From the NCBI GenBank assembly GCA_965277675.1, contig OZ255839.1, positions 1,260,543 through 1,324,542 on the forward strand: 64,000 nucleotides of DNA, given 5' to 3'. Made by a program: the position numbers and the translations under genes. Shown piece after piece: positions 18,412 to 28,767 of the stretch; position 1 is the stretch's first letter; each line of letters starts with the position of its first letter. The notes under the pieces are model-generated. The model searched no databases. It was not told the origin of the DNA and saw only the letters and a program-made list of their open reading frames with translations. This stretch comes from Candidatus Azotimanducaceae bacterium. Its GTDB lineage: Bacteria; Pseudomonadota; Gammaproteobacteria; Pseudomonadales; Azotimanducaceae.

Positions 18412-20217
18412 GTGACTGATAAGACACCAGCTCTGCCTCCTACAGAGAAGATCCTGCCAGCGTTAGTCTTGCACTACTCGCCGGACGCGCCTGGCCCAAA
18501 CGTTTCTGACGATCAGACACTGATCGAGCTATTGCAAAAGCTGCCGGCCCTGGCGGTTGATGACCATATTGATCCAGTGACCGTGCTGCTAAAGCGACAT
18601 GAACCGGAGCGCCATTTCAGTAAAACCTCTCAGGCACAGGTCGCATTTGTCGACGATGCCATTACAGAATTTCTCAAGCAGACCGATCTGGATTTTCGAA
18701 TCGAAGCCTTTGTTCGAGATATCGCGCCACGAATCACTGCACTGACCCTGAAGGAAGACTTCAGTGCTTTAACCAAACCCGACCCATTGTATGACCTGGT
18801 GGAACTGGTGGTTGGTGAATGTATCGGCTGGAGCGAGGACCTCGGCATTCTGGGCGAGCAGTTCATCGAAAAAGTCGCCGCCGTCATGTCTGCTTTTTCT
18901 TCAGGAAGAATCAGCGTTGAGACCTGCATCACTGATCTCGAAGCCGTGTTCAAGAAAGAAGAACCGCTCTTTGAAAAGCTGGAGCAACGTCTCTGCGATA
19001 GAGAGCTCAAGGTGCTTGGCGGCAAAAAAGGCCAGTACTTTTCTGCCGAATTCCTGAACAAACAAATGAGCGGCAAATCAATGCCACTGTTTGTGATTTT
19101 CATGTTTCAGGGTCCCTGGTACGACCTGATGCAACAGGTCTTTGTCCGCTATGGAGAGAAATCCAGGGAATGGGAGAACGTTAAAAAACTGACGGAGGCC
19201 ATGATCTGGTCGCTGCAGCCAGGTAAAGACAAAGCAAAACAAACCGATCTGATTAACAACCTGCCGAAGCAAATTCGCGCATTCTGCACCGCGATGGATT
19301 TCAACACGACCCAGGTCACTGAAAGTCTGGCGGATCTGGACGGCGAGTATCAGGCGATCCTTGCCGGTCAGGCATCTGACCCCTGTGATTTTGAGTTACT
19401 TGAAGTTGATGAGTCCATGGCGATCTCCATGCAGGAAGCTGCCAAAGAGGCAGTTGCACGCGTCAGGGCAGTGCCGGTTGGGCAGTGGTTTCTGTATGAC
19501 GATCCAACAGAGCCCGACGAAAAGGTTGCCCGGATCAAACTGATTCTGAATTGGGAAGATACAGAACAGCTTCTGCTGACTAACCACAACCGCAGGAAAG
19601 TGGTCCATTTGAGTTACGGTGAAATGGTTAATCACCTGGAATCCGGCGTACTGCGGACTTTGAACCCGAGCAAGTCTTTGATCGAAACCTTCAGGTCACA
19701 CCTGTTTGCGGTGCTCAAGGCCGTCAGCGACCAGAACAAGAAAGAGAAACAAATTGAGATCCGACAGCAACGCCAGGTGGTTTCCCAGCAATACGTTAAG
19801 GCACGAAAAGAAGATCTCGAGCTACAACTCGCTGAACTTGAAGCGAAGGCGGAGAAAAAGAAACAGCGTGCTCTCGTCCTCCGGCACAAGTCCAAGAAAA
19901 AACAGCATGCCGCTCAAGCCACCGTTGCCAGACTGAAGCAGGATGCCTGGGTAAAACTACCTATCATGGAAGGCACACTGACACCCTGCAAACTGGTCGC
20001 GATTATTCCTGCCAATCACACCTATATCTTTGCCAACCGCGCCGGCATAAAGGTCGCCGAGTTTACGGGCAGCCAGCTCGCCCATATGATCGTCACTGAA
20101 AACAGCGAAATCCTGGATACGGGCGCCGAATTTGAAAGCGCCCTGGCAACCGTAGTTTCGGGGCTGCGCGAAGACAAAAACAAAAGCTACGACGAGCTCA
20201 CCGGGGATACGGATTGA
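18412..20217 (+). CDS. Hypothetical protein, DUF1631-like
   Basis: 601 aa with a GTG start and no clear SD. Overall layout and the C-terminal KLVAIIPANHTYIFANRAGIKVAEF segment resemble gammaproteobacterial DUF1631 proteins, from memory and unverified. Confidence 0.5.
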   Translation: MTDKTPALPPTEKILPALVLHYSPDAPGPNVSDDQTLIELLQKLPALAVDDHIDPVTVLLKRHEPERHFSKTSQAQVAFVDDAITEFLKQTDLDFRIEAFVRDIAPRITALTLKEDFSALTKPDPLYDLVELVVGECIGWSEDLGILGEQFIEKVAAVMSAFSSGRISVETCITDLEAVFKKEEPLFEKLEQRLCDRELKVLGGKKGQYFSAEFLNKQMSGKSMPLFVIFMFQGPWYDLMQQVFVRYGEKSREWENVKKLTEAMIWSLQPGKDKAKQTDLINNLPKQIRAFCTAMDFNTTQVTESLADLDGEYQAILAGQASDPCDFELLEVDESMAISMQEAAKEAVARVRAVPVGQWFLYDDPTEPDEKVARIKLILNWEDTEQLLLTNHNRRKVVHLSYGEMVNHLESGVLRTLNPSKSLIETFRSHLFAVLKAVSDQNKKEKQIEIRQQRQVVSQQYVKARKEDLELQLAELEAKAEKKKQRALVLRHKSKKKQHAAQATVARLKQDAWVKLPIMEGTLTPCKLVAIIPANHTYIFANRAGIKVAEFTGSQLAHMIVTENSEILDTGAEFESALATVVSGLREDKNKSYDELTGDTD

Positions 20218-20260
20218 ACAATGCCGCTGCAATGACAAACGACGGCCACGGGCTAAACCT

Positions 20261-20497
20261 GTGATCAGTGGAAATATTGCGCTGGATAAGCTGATATCCG
20301 ATATCGACCAGCAACTCGAGATACTCCAGGTGATTGCCGCCGACAGTGCCGTACTGAATGAGCAATTGCGTTTGTTAAACGAATCCAGAGACCTGCTGTT
20401 GTCGATGGATCTGGAAATGCACCGACTGACCGAGTTTATCGACCCGGATTTTCAGGGAGAGCAACTTACCCTGATGCAGCAACGCGAAGACGACTGA
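20261..20497 (+). CDS. Small acidic coiled-coil hypothetical protein
   Basis: 78-aa ORF with a GTG start and no SD. Its position just after the DUF1631-like gene is the only support. Confidence 0.3.
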   Translation: MISGNIALDKLISDIDQQLEILQVIAADSAVLNEQLRLLNESRDLLLSMDLEMHRLTEFIDPDFQGEQLTLMQQREDD

Positions 20498-20583
20498 AGC
20501 CACCACCTGCGTTAACCGCTGGACACGCCTCGGTGCTTGCCATATGTTCCTGAATTCAGACTCCTTAAATCGACAAACACATC

Positions 20584-23214
20584 ATGACTGAAACACTGAA
20601 CGTTGGCGCAAACGAGTACACGATCTTTCCGTTTACTGAACTCGATCAGCAAAAAGTAGCCAGACTCCCATTTGCTCTCAAGATTCTTCTTGAAAACCTG
20701 CTGCGTCATCGCGGCCAGATCCATGTCCAGGAATCCGATATCGATGCCCTGGTGAACTGGGACAGCCAGGCAGCACCTGATACCGAGATAGCCTTCGTAC
20801 CCTCGAGGGTATTGCTTCAGGATTTTACCGGTGTGCCGGCTATCGTTGATCTTGCCGCGATGCGCGACGCCATGTCCGATCTCGGCGGCGATGTGGCCCT
20901 TATTAACCCACAGGTACCCGTAGAACTGGTTATCGATCACAGCGTGATGGTCGATATCTACGGCAAGGCATCTGCCCTTGAGGAAAACACCCAGATCGAA
21001 ATCGAACGCAACATCGAACGCTACCGATTCCTGCGCTGGGGGCAGGAGGCGTTTGATAACTTTAAAGTTGTACCACCAGGCACGGGGATTGTGCATCAGG
21101 TGAACCTTGAGTATCTCGCCCGGGGCGTGATGACCAACAATGCAGGTATGGCCTATCCGGATACGCTGGTTGGAACAGATTCGCATACCACTATGATCAA
21201 CGGCCTGGGAGTCCTGGGTTGGGGCGTTGGTGGTATCGAGGCTGAAGCTGCCATGCTGGGACAGCCGATCAGCATGCTGATACCCCAGGTTGTCGGCTTC
21301 GAACTGACTGGACAACTACCAGAGGGCGCCACCGCCACTGACCTTGTGCTGATCGTCACGCAGATGCTGCGAGAACATGGTGTGGTTGGGAAGTTCGTTG
21401 AATTTTTTGGCGCCGGCATGCAGTCCCTGACCCTGGCTGATCGGGCCACCATCGCTAACATGGCGCCAGAGTATGGCGCTACCTGCGGTATTTTCCCGGT
21501 TGATCAGAAGACACTGGACTACCTGGGTCTTACTGGCAGAAGTGATGAACAGCTGCAGCTGATCGAGGCTTATATGAAAGCCATGGATCTCTGGCACGAC
21601 CCGTCACGAAGCAAGGCTGATTACTCCTCTGAATTACACCTCGACCTGAACACCGTTGCCGCCTGCATCTCAGGACCCAAGCGACCACAGGATCGAATCG
21701 AGCTGCCTGATGCCAGCGTCTCGTTTGCCAATACCCTCAAGGAATTCCGCGATTTACGTCTGGCTCAGAGCAAACCTGATGTCACCGGCCCGACAATGAA
21801 TGACCTCAAAGATGGTGCCGTTGTTATCGCAGCAATCACCAGCTGCACCAACACTTCTAACCCTGCGGTCCTGGTGGCTGCGGGTCTGATGGCAAGAAAA
21901 GCCAGACAGCTTGGCCTGAACACTCAACCCTGGGTTAAAACCAGTCTCGCGCCAGGTTCAAAAGCAGTGACCGACTATCTCGAAAAGGCCGGTCTGCTGG
22001 ACGACCTGGAAGCACTGGGCTTTTACGTGGTTGGCTACGGCTGCACCACCTGCATCGGCAATTCAGGCCCACTGTCCGAAGAAATTGAGAACACCATTGA
22101 AGCGAACGATTTGCTGGTCACCTCGGTGCTCTCAGGCAATCGAAACTTTGAGGGCCGGATTCACGCCCAGGTGCGCGCCAATTACCTGGCTTCACCTCCT
22201 CTGGTCGTTGCCTACGCGCTGGCGGGTAATATGAATGTTGACCTGACCAGCGAATCACTGGGCAACAGCATCGATGGCGATCCCGTCTACCTGAAAGATC
22301 TCTGGCCGGATAGCATAGAGATTGATGCGATCATCGGAGAATTTGTGACCCCGGCGCTGTTCCGGGAGAAGTACGCGGATGTCTATAACGGTAACGCCGT
22401 CTGGAACGATCTTGAGGTGACTACCGAAAAACGATTCGATTGGCCGACGTCAACCTACGTCAAGAAACCCACGTTCTTTGATGGACTTAGCCACGAGGTT
22501 ATTGATCCGGCGCCAGTGCAAAATGCCCGCTGCCTGATCAAGGTTGCTGACAGTATTACCACCGACCATATCTCCCCGGCCGGCAGTATTGAAGATGACA
22601 GTCCCGCGGGCGAGTATCTGCAGGCCCACCAGATTTCACCGAAAGACTTTAATTCCTACGGGTCTCGTCGCGGCAATCACGAAGTCATGATGCGCGGTAC
22701 CTTTGCCAATGTCCGTTTCAAGAATCAGCTGGCGCCCGGAACAGAAGGCAGCTGGACAACCCACTTCCCCAGCGGCGAGCGGATGAGTGTGTTTGCTGCC
22801 GCAGAGCGCTATCGCGCCGAGTCGGTGCCACTGATTGTCCTGGCGGGTGCAGAGTACGGCACAGGTTCCTCACGTGACTGGGCCGCGAAAGGTCCGTCAC
22901 TGCTCGGCGTACGGGCCGTTATCGCTAAAGGTTTTGAACGAATCCATCGCTCTAATCTGATTGGCATGGGTATTTTGCCACTGCAGTTTTCAGCCGGTGA
23001 TGGCGCCGAGGAATTGGGGTTCGACGGGACCGAAACCTTCAGCATTGCCCCCGTAGAAAGCGGTCAGAAATCGACCATGGTGACGGCCACGGCAACCAGC
23101 GGCAAGCAAACAAGTTTCTCTGCCGATGTCAGAATCGATACCCCGAACGAGTTCTTGTACTACCAGAACGGCGGCATTCTGCAATTCGTCCTTCGTAATC
23201 TGGCAGCGTCATGA
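20584..23214 (+). CDS. acnA: Aconitate hydratase A
   Basis: 876 aa. ARLPFALKILLENLLRH, VLLQDFTGVPAIVDLAAMRD, GTDSHTTMINGLGVLGWGVGGIEAEA, and cluster cysteines in ITSCTNTSNP and GYGCTTCIGNSG. Confidence 0.95.
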   Translation: MTETLNVGANEYTIFPFTELDQQKVARLPFALKILLENLLRHRGQIHVQESDIDALVNWDSQAAPDTEIAFVPSRVLLQDFTGVPAIVDLAAMRDAMSDLGGDVALINPQVPVELVIDHSVMVDIYGKASALEENTQIEIERNIERYRFLRWGQEAFDNFKVVPPGTGIVHQVNLEYLARGVMTNNAGMAYPDTLVGTDSHTTMINGLGVLGWGVGGIEAEAAMLGQPISMLIPQVVGFELTGQLPEGATATDLVLIVTQMLREHGVVGKFVEFFGAGMQSLTLADRATIANMAPEYGATCGIFPVDQKTLDYLGLTGRSDEQLQLIEAYMKAMDLWHDPSRSKADYSSELHLDLNTVAACISGPKRPQDRIELPDASVSFANTLKEFRDLRLAQSKPDVTGPTMNDLKDGAVVIAAITSCTNTSNPAVLVAAGLMARKARQLGLNTQPWVKTSLAPGSKAVTDYLEKAGLLDDLEALGFYVVGYGCTTCIGNSGPLSEEIENTIEANDLLVTSVLSGNRNFEGRIHAQVRANYLASPPLVVAYALAGNMNVDLTSESLGNSIDGDPVYLKDLWPDSIEIDAIIGEFVTPALFREKYADVYNGNAVWNDLEVTTEKRFDWPTSTYVKKPTFFDGLSHEVIDPAPVQNARCLIKVADSITTDHISPAGSIEDDSPAGEYLQAHQISPKDFNSYGSRRGNHEVMMRGTFANVRFKNQLAPGTEGSWTTHFPSGERMSVFAAAERYRAESVPLIVLAGAEYGTGSSRDWAAKGPSLLGVRAVIAKGFERIHRSNLIGMGILPLQFSAGDGAEELGFDGTETFSIAPVESGQKSTMVTATATSGKQTSFSADVRIDTPNEFLYYQNGGILQFVLRNLAAS

Positions 23215-24284
23215 ACTTAACCGCTATCAGCAACTTCCTCACGTCAGCGTCACAGGACGTACCCGGCGTTGTCGCGCTGGCCGTTTCACCGGACCGCGTC
23301 ATCTACGAGGGTGCTTTTGGGTATGCCAATACAGGCACGGGCGCCCGGCTCGACGTTGCGACGCCGCACGCCATCATGTCCATGACCAAACCCATCACGT
23401 CGCTTGCGATCATGCAGCTTATTGAACGTGGCCAACTTGAACTGGATTCACCGGTTGCGGCACTAACGGATAAAGCCGTGCTTTCGAACGTTGATATCAT
23501 CGGCAAAACCTATGATCTGGTCACGCAGAATACGCCGGTAACCGTCCGTCATCTGTTGACCCATACCGCAGGTATTGGTTATCGATTCTGCAATGAGGTC
23601 CTGCAAGCATTTAAACCAGATCAGGATTTGGACTTCCCGTTGTTACACCAACCGGGCAGCCACTGGACCTACGGCGTGAGCACCGCGGTACTTGGCAACC
23701 TACTGGAGGAAATTTACGACCAACCGCTGAGCGAAGTTTTTGAAGCCCAGATATTTACCCCACTCGGATTGACCAGCACAACCTTCCGTCCGCAAACAGA
23801 CCAGGTCCACCCACACAGCTGGGACGGCAACAGCTGGCAGGCAGGCAAGCATTATCCCGAGATGCCCTATGGTGACGGCGGCCTGATTTCGACCGCCGCA
23901 GACTACGGCAAACTGCTGCAGTGCCTGCTAAATCAAGGTGCGCCACTCATTTCAGCCGATACTCTGGCCCTGATGACCAGCAACCAGATTGGTGACCTCA
24001 CGATTCACACTCAACCTGCTGCCAATCCCCGGATGACGGAACCTTTTCCGACCGGCGACGGCATCGATAAATTTGGCCTGGGCTTTCAGATACACATGCA
24101 GTCCGTCCCCGGAGGCCGGAACGCTGGCAGTTACAGTTGGTGCGGATTGCTCAACACCTATTTCTGGGTCGACCCCAGGGCCCAGATCGCCGCCGTTTTA
24201 CTGATGCAGGTATTGCCTTTGTATGAGGCAAGATGTCGGGCAACGCTCGACGGTTTTGAACGGGCCCTCTATCAGAGCCTTTAA
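23211..24284 (+). CDS. Serine hydrolase, beta-lactamase/transpeptidase-like (class C/esterase EstB-like)
   Basis: SMTKPITSLAIMQL (SxxK) and a later YSWCGLLNTYFWVDP segment. ATGA overlap with the acnA stop. Confidence 0.85.
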   Translation: MNLTAISNFLTSASQDVPGVVALAVSPDRVIYEGAFGYANTGTGARLDVATPHAIMSMTKPITSLAIMQLIERGQLELDSPVAALTDKAVLSNVDIIGKTYDLVTQNTPVTVRHLLTHTAGIGYRFCNEVLQAFKPDQDLDFPLLHQPGSHWTYGVSTAVLGNLLEEIYDQPLSEVFEAQIFTPLGLTSTTFRPQTDQVHPHSWDGNSWQAGKHYPEMPYGDGGLISTAADYGKLLQCLLNQGAPLISADTLALMTSNQIGDLTIHTQPAANPRMTEPFPTGDGIDKFGLGFQIHMQSVPGGRNAGSYSWCGLLNTYFWVDPRAQIAAVLLMQVLPLYEARCRATLDGFERALYQSL

Positions 24285-24991
24285 GTGGCGCGCAAATGAT
24301 CAACCCAGAACCGGGTGCCGCCGGCAACCCCAACGGGCATCAGAATCAAATTGATGACAGGCACTGTCAGCAACAGATAAGCGGGCAAACCAAAAGTAAT
24401 CGCCGCGAGCCTCGCATTGCCTAATCTCGCTTTTAAGTCGGAAAACGACACATCATTGTTATCGGCTGCATAGTCCGCATATTGAATCGCCATCATCCAG
24501 GCACCAAACAGGACCCACAAGAAAGGTGATACGACGTTCACAACCGGAATCAGCGTCAAGATAATCAGGCCAACCAGTCGCGGCAGCACATAAAGCAACT
24601 TCGCCAGTTCCCGGGCTACGGTACGCGGCAGAATCATCCAGATTGACACCGACGAGACTGGCGGACTGCCCGTCAACAATTCCTCGACCTTGATAGACAA
24701 AATCGCGTTAAAGGGCGAGGCGATGATGTTGGCCACAAACGTAAAAACAAACAGGACCAGGACCAGCACAACCAGCAAGGCAATCACCCAGATCAGCCAG
24801 TACAAGGCTGACATCCAGCCAGGAAACCAGCCCATAATCTGATCAACCCAGCCGTTAAAGGACCCGTAAGAAACAGCGACCAATACCGCCAGCACCAGGG
24901 TGTTAATAAGCACCGGCACAATAAAGTAGCGTCTGAGCCCTGGTTTTCGGATCAGGGAGAAACCGTTTAAGAAGCAATCAAAGCCGTTCAT
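24281..24991 (-). CDS. cysZ: Sulfate transporter CysZ
   Basis: FSLIRKPGLRRYFIVPVLINTLV and FGAWMMAIQYADYAADNN closely parallel E. coli CysZ (FSAWMLAIQYCDYPFDNH). Confidence 0.85.
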   Translation of the reverse strand: MNGFDCFLNGFSLIRKPGLRRYFIVPVLINTLVLAVLVAVSYGSFNGWVDQIMGWFPGWMSALYWLIWVIALLVVLVLVLFVFTFVANIIASPFNAILSIKVEELLTGSPPVSSVSIWMILPRTVARELAKLLYVLPRLVGLIILTLIPVVNVVSPFLWVLFGAWMMAIQYADYAADNNDVSFSDLKARLGNARLAAITFGLPAYLLLTVPVINLILMPVGVAGGTRFWVDHLRAT

Positions 24992-27147
24992 TGGATCTGT
25001 AAGTAGTAGTCTCTGATCGGCAGGCTGCGTAATCTGCGGCCGGTGATCTTAAACAGGGCATTACAGACTGCAGGTGCTATCACCGGCGTTGCCGGCTCAC
25101 CCAGCCCACCCCAGTGATCGCCACCAGACAGCGCCCAGTGAACAATCACCTCAGGGGCTTCATCGATCTGCAGGATCTCATAGGTATCCAGGTTGTCTTC
25201 CAGGATTCTTCCCGCTTCGACCGTCAACTTGCCGTAGAGCGCGGCCGACAGACCGAAGACGATGCCACCCTCGACCTGTGCCTCCGCCGATAACGGGTTA
25301 ACCAGATTGCCACAATCAACTACCGCCGTGACTTTATTGACGCGCATGCCGCCATCAGGGGTCACTGTCACTTCGGTCGCCAACCCACAGACTGTGCCGT
25401 AGCTTTCATGAATCGCCAGGCCCAAAGCCGTGCCTCGTGGCAGTCTCGCTTTTCGATAACCGGCGTGCCGCTCCAATTGCTCCAACACTTCCAAGTGACG
25501 AGGTTTATCCCGGAGTAAATACCGACGGTAATCCAGTGGATCCTGTTCGGCCGCCGTCGCCATTTCATCGACAAAACATTCCATGGCAAAGGCATTGATA
25601 GAGTGACCACCGGAACGCCAATACCAGCTGCTCATATGCGTGTTCTTACGGGTGTGGGAAAAGCGGTAGGCAGGAAAGTTGTAAGGGTGGTCGCGCAAAC
25701 CCAGGACTGAGTCCGGATCAATACCGCGAGCTGACTCGTCCTGATCAAAGGCAATGGAGTGCGTCACGGAATGATTGGTTATCGCAACCAGCGACTTATC
25801 CAGGTCAAAACCGGCTTTGAATCGCATTGCCGCCATTGGCCGATAAGCACCGGCACGCATGTCTTCTTCCCGGGTCCAGATGACCTGCACAGGTTTATCG
25901 ACCTGCATCGCAATTCGGGTCGCTTCAACCACAAAATCGGTATGACTGCGCCGTCCAAAACTGCCTCCGATATAACAGCTATGGATATAAATGTTGTGTT
26001 TCGCCCTGCCCGTTAACTGTGACACCGCACTCACCACAGCTTCCGGGTCCTGGTGACCTACCCAGATATCTACGCGCTCCGCCTGCACGTGCACCGTACA
26101 ATTCAACGGTTCTATCGGCACCTGGGCAAGATAGGGTACGTAGTAATCGGACTCGATGGTTCTTTCTGCATCATCCATCAGGGTCACCATGTCGCCCTTT
26201 TGCAACATGACCTCTCCGTCCCGATCAAACTCATCGAAGAACTGTTTCCGAATCGTGTCTCCGAATTCCTTATTCGCCGGGGTTGATCGCCAGAACACGG
26301 GCAAGGCATCTGCAGCTTTCTTCGCCTGCCAGAAGGTCGTCGCAACAATGGCGACCGCGTTCTCAAGCCGCACAGCCTTAATGACACCAGGCATATGACG
26401 GATTGCATTGAAACGCATACTCTGCAATCCACCGCCAAGCACGGGGTTGTGGATCGGCGTGGCATAAACCATATCCGGCAGCCGCACATCCATGCTGTAA
26501 ACCGCCGAGCCATCGACTTTGGCGGGGGCATCCAGCCGTGGCGTAGGTAAACCCAGCGTGCCGTAAAACTCCGGGGTCTTGATTTTAACATTGGCTACGC
26601 TGATTTCGGCCGCGAGGCCTGCGAGTTCACCATAGCCCAGAGCATCCGGCGCATCATTTCGGTATACCTGACCATAATCCGCATAGCATTCCTCGGGACG
26701 GATGCCCCAGGTTTCCGCAGCGGCCTTGATCAAACGCTCGCGGGCTTCAGCACCCGCAAGCTGCAGCGGCAGCCTGGACTCGTTCACGGCACTACTGTCA
26801 CGGGTTAATACCCGGCCATACATACCAGATCGCATCAGGTGCCTGTTCAGGTCGATATACTCAACCTGAATCTTGCGCCAGTCAGCCTCTAATTCTTCTG
26901 CAATAAACATGGGCAAGGCTGTCATCACCCCCTGCCCCATTTCTGCCTGAGCAACACGAATAATCAAGGTGCCATCGGGCTCGATCAGCAGCCAGGCATT
27001 CAGTTCCGGTGCCGTCGTTGGATGCTGCTCAAAGGGTCTTGCCCGCCCAAATGCTGGCAGAGTCATGCCAATCATCAGGCCGCCGGCAGCGGAACTGGTA
27101 ACCTTCAGAAATTCACGGCGGGAGAGTGACGTTGGTTGTGACTTCAC
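24988..27147 (-). CDS. Molybdopterin-binding oxidoreductase large subunit (IorB / aldehyde-oxidase family) with Tat signal
   Basis: Twin-arginine leader [19 protein letters not shown]. 719 aa. Immediately downstream of, and overlapping (GTGA), a 2Fe-2S subunit gene. Confidence 0.9.
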   Translation of the reverse strand: MKSQPTSLSRREFLKVTSSAAGGLMIGMTLPAFGRARPFEQHPTTAPELNAWLLIEPDGTLIIRVAQAEMGQGVMTALPMFIAEELEADWRKIQVEYIDLNRHLMRSGMYGRVLTRDSSAVNESRLPLQLAGAEARERLIKAAAETWGIRPEECYADYGQVYRNDAPDALGYGELAGLAAEISVANVKIKTPEFYGTLGLPTPRLDAPAKVDGSAVYSMDVRLPDMVYATPIHNPVLGGGLQSMRFNAIRHMPGVIKAVRLENAVAIVATTFWQAKKAADALPVFWRSTPANKEFGDTIRKQFFDEFDRDGEVMLQKGDMVTLMDDAERTIESDYYVPYLAQVPIEPLNCTVHVQAERVDIWVGHQDPEAVVSAVSQLTGRAKHNIYIHSCYIGGSFGRRSHTDFVVEATRIAMQVDKPVQVIWTREEDMRAGAYRPMAAMRFKAGFDLDKSLVAITNHSVTHSIAFDQDESARGIDPDSVLGLRDHPYNFPAYRFSHTRKNTHMSSWYWRSGGHSINAFAMECFVDEMATAAEQDPLDYRRYLLRDKPRHLEVLEQLERHAGYRKARLPRGTALGLAIHESYGTVCGLATEVTVTPDGGMRVNKVTAVVDCGNLVNPLSAEAQVEGGIVFGLSAALYGKLTVEAGRILEDNLDTYEILQIDEAPEVIVHWALSGGDHWGGLGEPATPVIAPAVCNALFKITGRRLRSLPIRDYYLQIQ

Positions 27148-27599
27148 GTTTCACCACGCGCGACCGCTACCTTGCGGATCGCCTTTCTGATTCTCGAATA
27201 GGTGCCGCAGCGGCAAATGTTGGTCATAGCCTTGTTAATCTCTTCGTCCGTTGGATTGGACTTATCATCCAGCAACGCGACGGCGCTCATGATTTGCCCC
27301 GACTGACAATAGCCACATTGGGGCACATCTTCTTCGACCCAGGCCTTTTGCACCGGATGATCGGCGTTCTCCGACAAACCTTCGATCGTCACAACGCTGT
27401 AGCCCTTCGACTCTGCGGCCGTTGTGCTGCAGGATCGGATGGGATGCCCGCTCATCAAAACGGTACAAGCCCCACACTGTCCAATGCCGCATCCGTATTT
27501 GGTACCCGTCAGGTTCAGATGGTCACGCAGTACCCAGAGCAGCGGTGTGTCAGGATCGACATCGACATCAACTTCCTGGTTATTCACATTTAGTCGCAT
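27144..27599 (-). CDS. (2Fe-2S)-binding small subunit (IorA-like)
   Basis: Two cysteine clusters, [12 protein letters not shown] and [10 protein letters not shown]...CRCGTY, typical of xanthine-dehydrogenase-family iron-sulfur subunits. Confidence 0.9.
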   Translation of the reverse strand: MRLNVNNQEVDVDVDPDTPLLWVLRDHLNLTGTKYGCGIGQCGACTVLMSGHPIRSCSTTAAESKGYSVVTIEGLSENADHPVQKAWVEEDVPQCGYCQSGQIMSAVALLDDKSNPTDEEINKAMTNICRCGTYSRIRKAIRKVAVARGET

Positions 27600-27808
27600 G
27601 CACTCGATCCTTTTTCTGTTTCAGTTTGCTGCGGCGGCTTCCGCGATTGCGCGCCTGACTCATTTTCCACACGGAGCTGTGGTTAGCAAAACGGTTACGC
27701 GATTCTGGACTTGCTTCGCTGCGGCCTCAGTTTACGGTATTGTGAACGTCAGAATGTGAACCTAGGCTAACCGTGTTGTTTAAGCGCTATTCAGAGCGGT
27801 GCAGATAA

Positions 27809-28747
27809 ATGCAGCAAGAACTACCCCGCGTAAACTACCAGGACTTGCAAAGTAACGATGCCAGTGCAATTTCGTCACTGGACCACGCCTGCCGGGACTG
27901 GGGGTTCTTTAGACTCGAGCAACATGGTATCTCCGCCGAGAAGGAAGCCGCGTTTGTGTCAGGCGTTGCGGATTTTTTCGCCATGCCAAAGACCGCGAAG
28001 GAAACACTGTATCGAACAGAAGACAATCCCTGGGGCTACTACGACAAGGAGCTCACCAAGAACCGCCAGGACTGGAAAGAAATTTTTGATCTCGGCATAG
28101 ACGTGGCTGAAAGTGGCTACAATAGCCGCACGCCCTGGCCCGAGCGGCTGCCCGCTTTCAAGGCGCTAATGCTTGACTGGTTCGCCGAATGCGAGGCTAT
28201 CAGTCTTGAACTGTTGTCAGCCATCAGCAAGTCGCTCGGCCAGCCGCGCAGCAAGTTAACGCCCTATTTTTCGCCGCTTAACACCAGTTTTCTGAGGCTT
28301 AACCACTACCCAACCTGCCATAACCCCGCTGATCCGCTTGAAGCCTATCCTGAATCCGGTCACCTCGGCATTTCACACCACACCGATGCGGGTGCGCTCA
28401 CGGTCCTTTGGCAAGATCAGATCCCTGGCCTGCAGGTCAGGCATCAGGAGAATTGGATTACCGTCGCGCCAGAACCTGGCACCCTCATCATTAATGTTGG
28501 CGACCTCGTTCAGGTCTGGTCTAACGACAGGTATCAGGCGCCACTGCACCGGGTATTGGCAAACAGCAGGGATGAACGCTTGAGCGCGGCGTTTTTTATG
28601 AATCCTGCCTTCAGCACAGATTGTGAACCACTGGTGGATATGCCCAGATACCGGCCCGTTAATTGGGGGCAATTCAGAGCGTCGCGAGCAGCAGGCGACT
28701 ACGCCAATCTCGGGGAAGAAGTGCAGATCAGCCACTACAGGATCTGA
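27809..28747 (+). CDS. 2-oxoglutarate/Fe(II)-dependent oxygenase (isopenicillin-N-synthase family)
   Basis: GFFRLEQHGI N-terminal region, the HxD...H facial triad within GISHHTDAGALTVLWQD ... APLHRV, and RLSAAFF. Confidence 0.85.
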   Translation: MQQELPRVNYQDLQSNDASAISSLDHACRDWGFFRLEQHGISAEKEAAFVSGVADFFAMPKTAKETLYRTEDNPWGYYDKELTKNRQDWKEIFDLGIDVAESGYNSRTPWPERLPAFKALMLDWFAECEAISLELLSAISKSLGQPRSKLTPYFSPLNTSFLRLNHYPTCHNPADPLEAYPESGHLGISHHTDAGALTVLWQDQIPGLQVRHQENWITVAPEPGTLIINVGDLVQVWSNDRYQAPLHRVLANSRDERLSAAFFMNPAFSTDCEPLVDMPRYRPVNWGQFRASRAAGDYANLGEEVQISHYRI

Positions 28748-28767
28748 ACCCCCGAATCTCAACACCA

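Noticed and set aside
20512-21315. 267-aa ORF antisense to the 5' part of acnA
   Set aside because: acnA on the plus strand is unambiguous. The antisense translation has no motifs or RBS and a His/Gly/Val-rich shadow composition.
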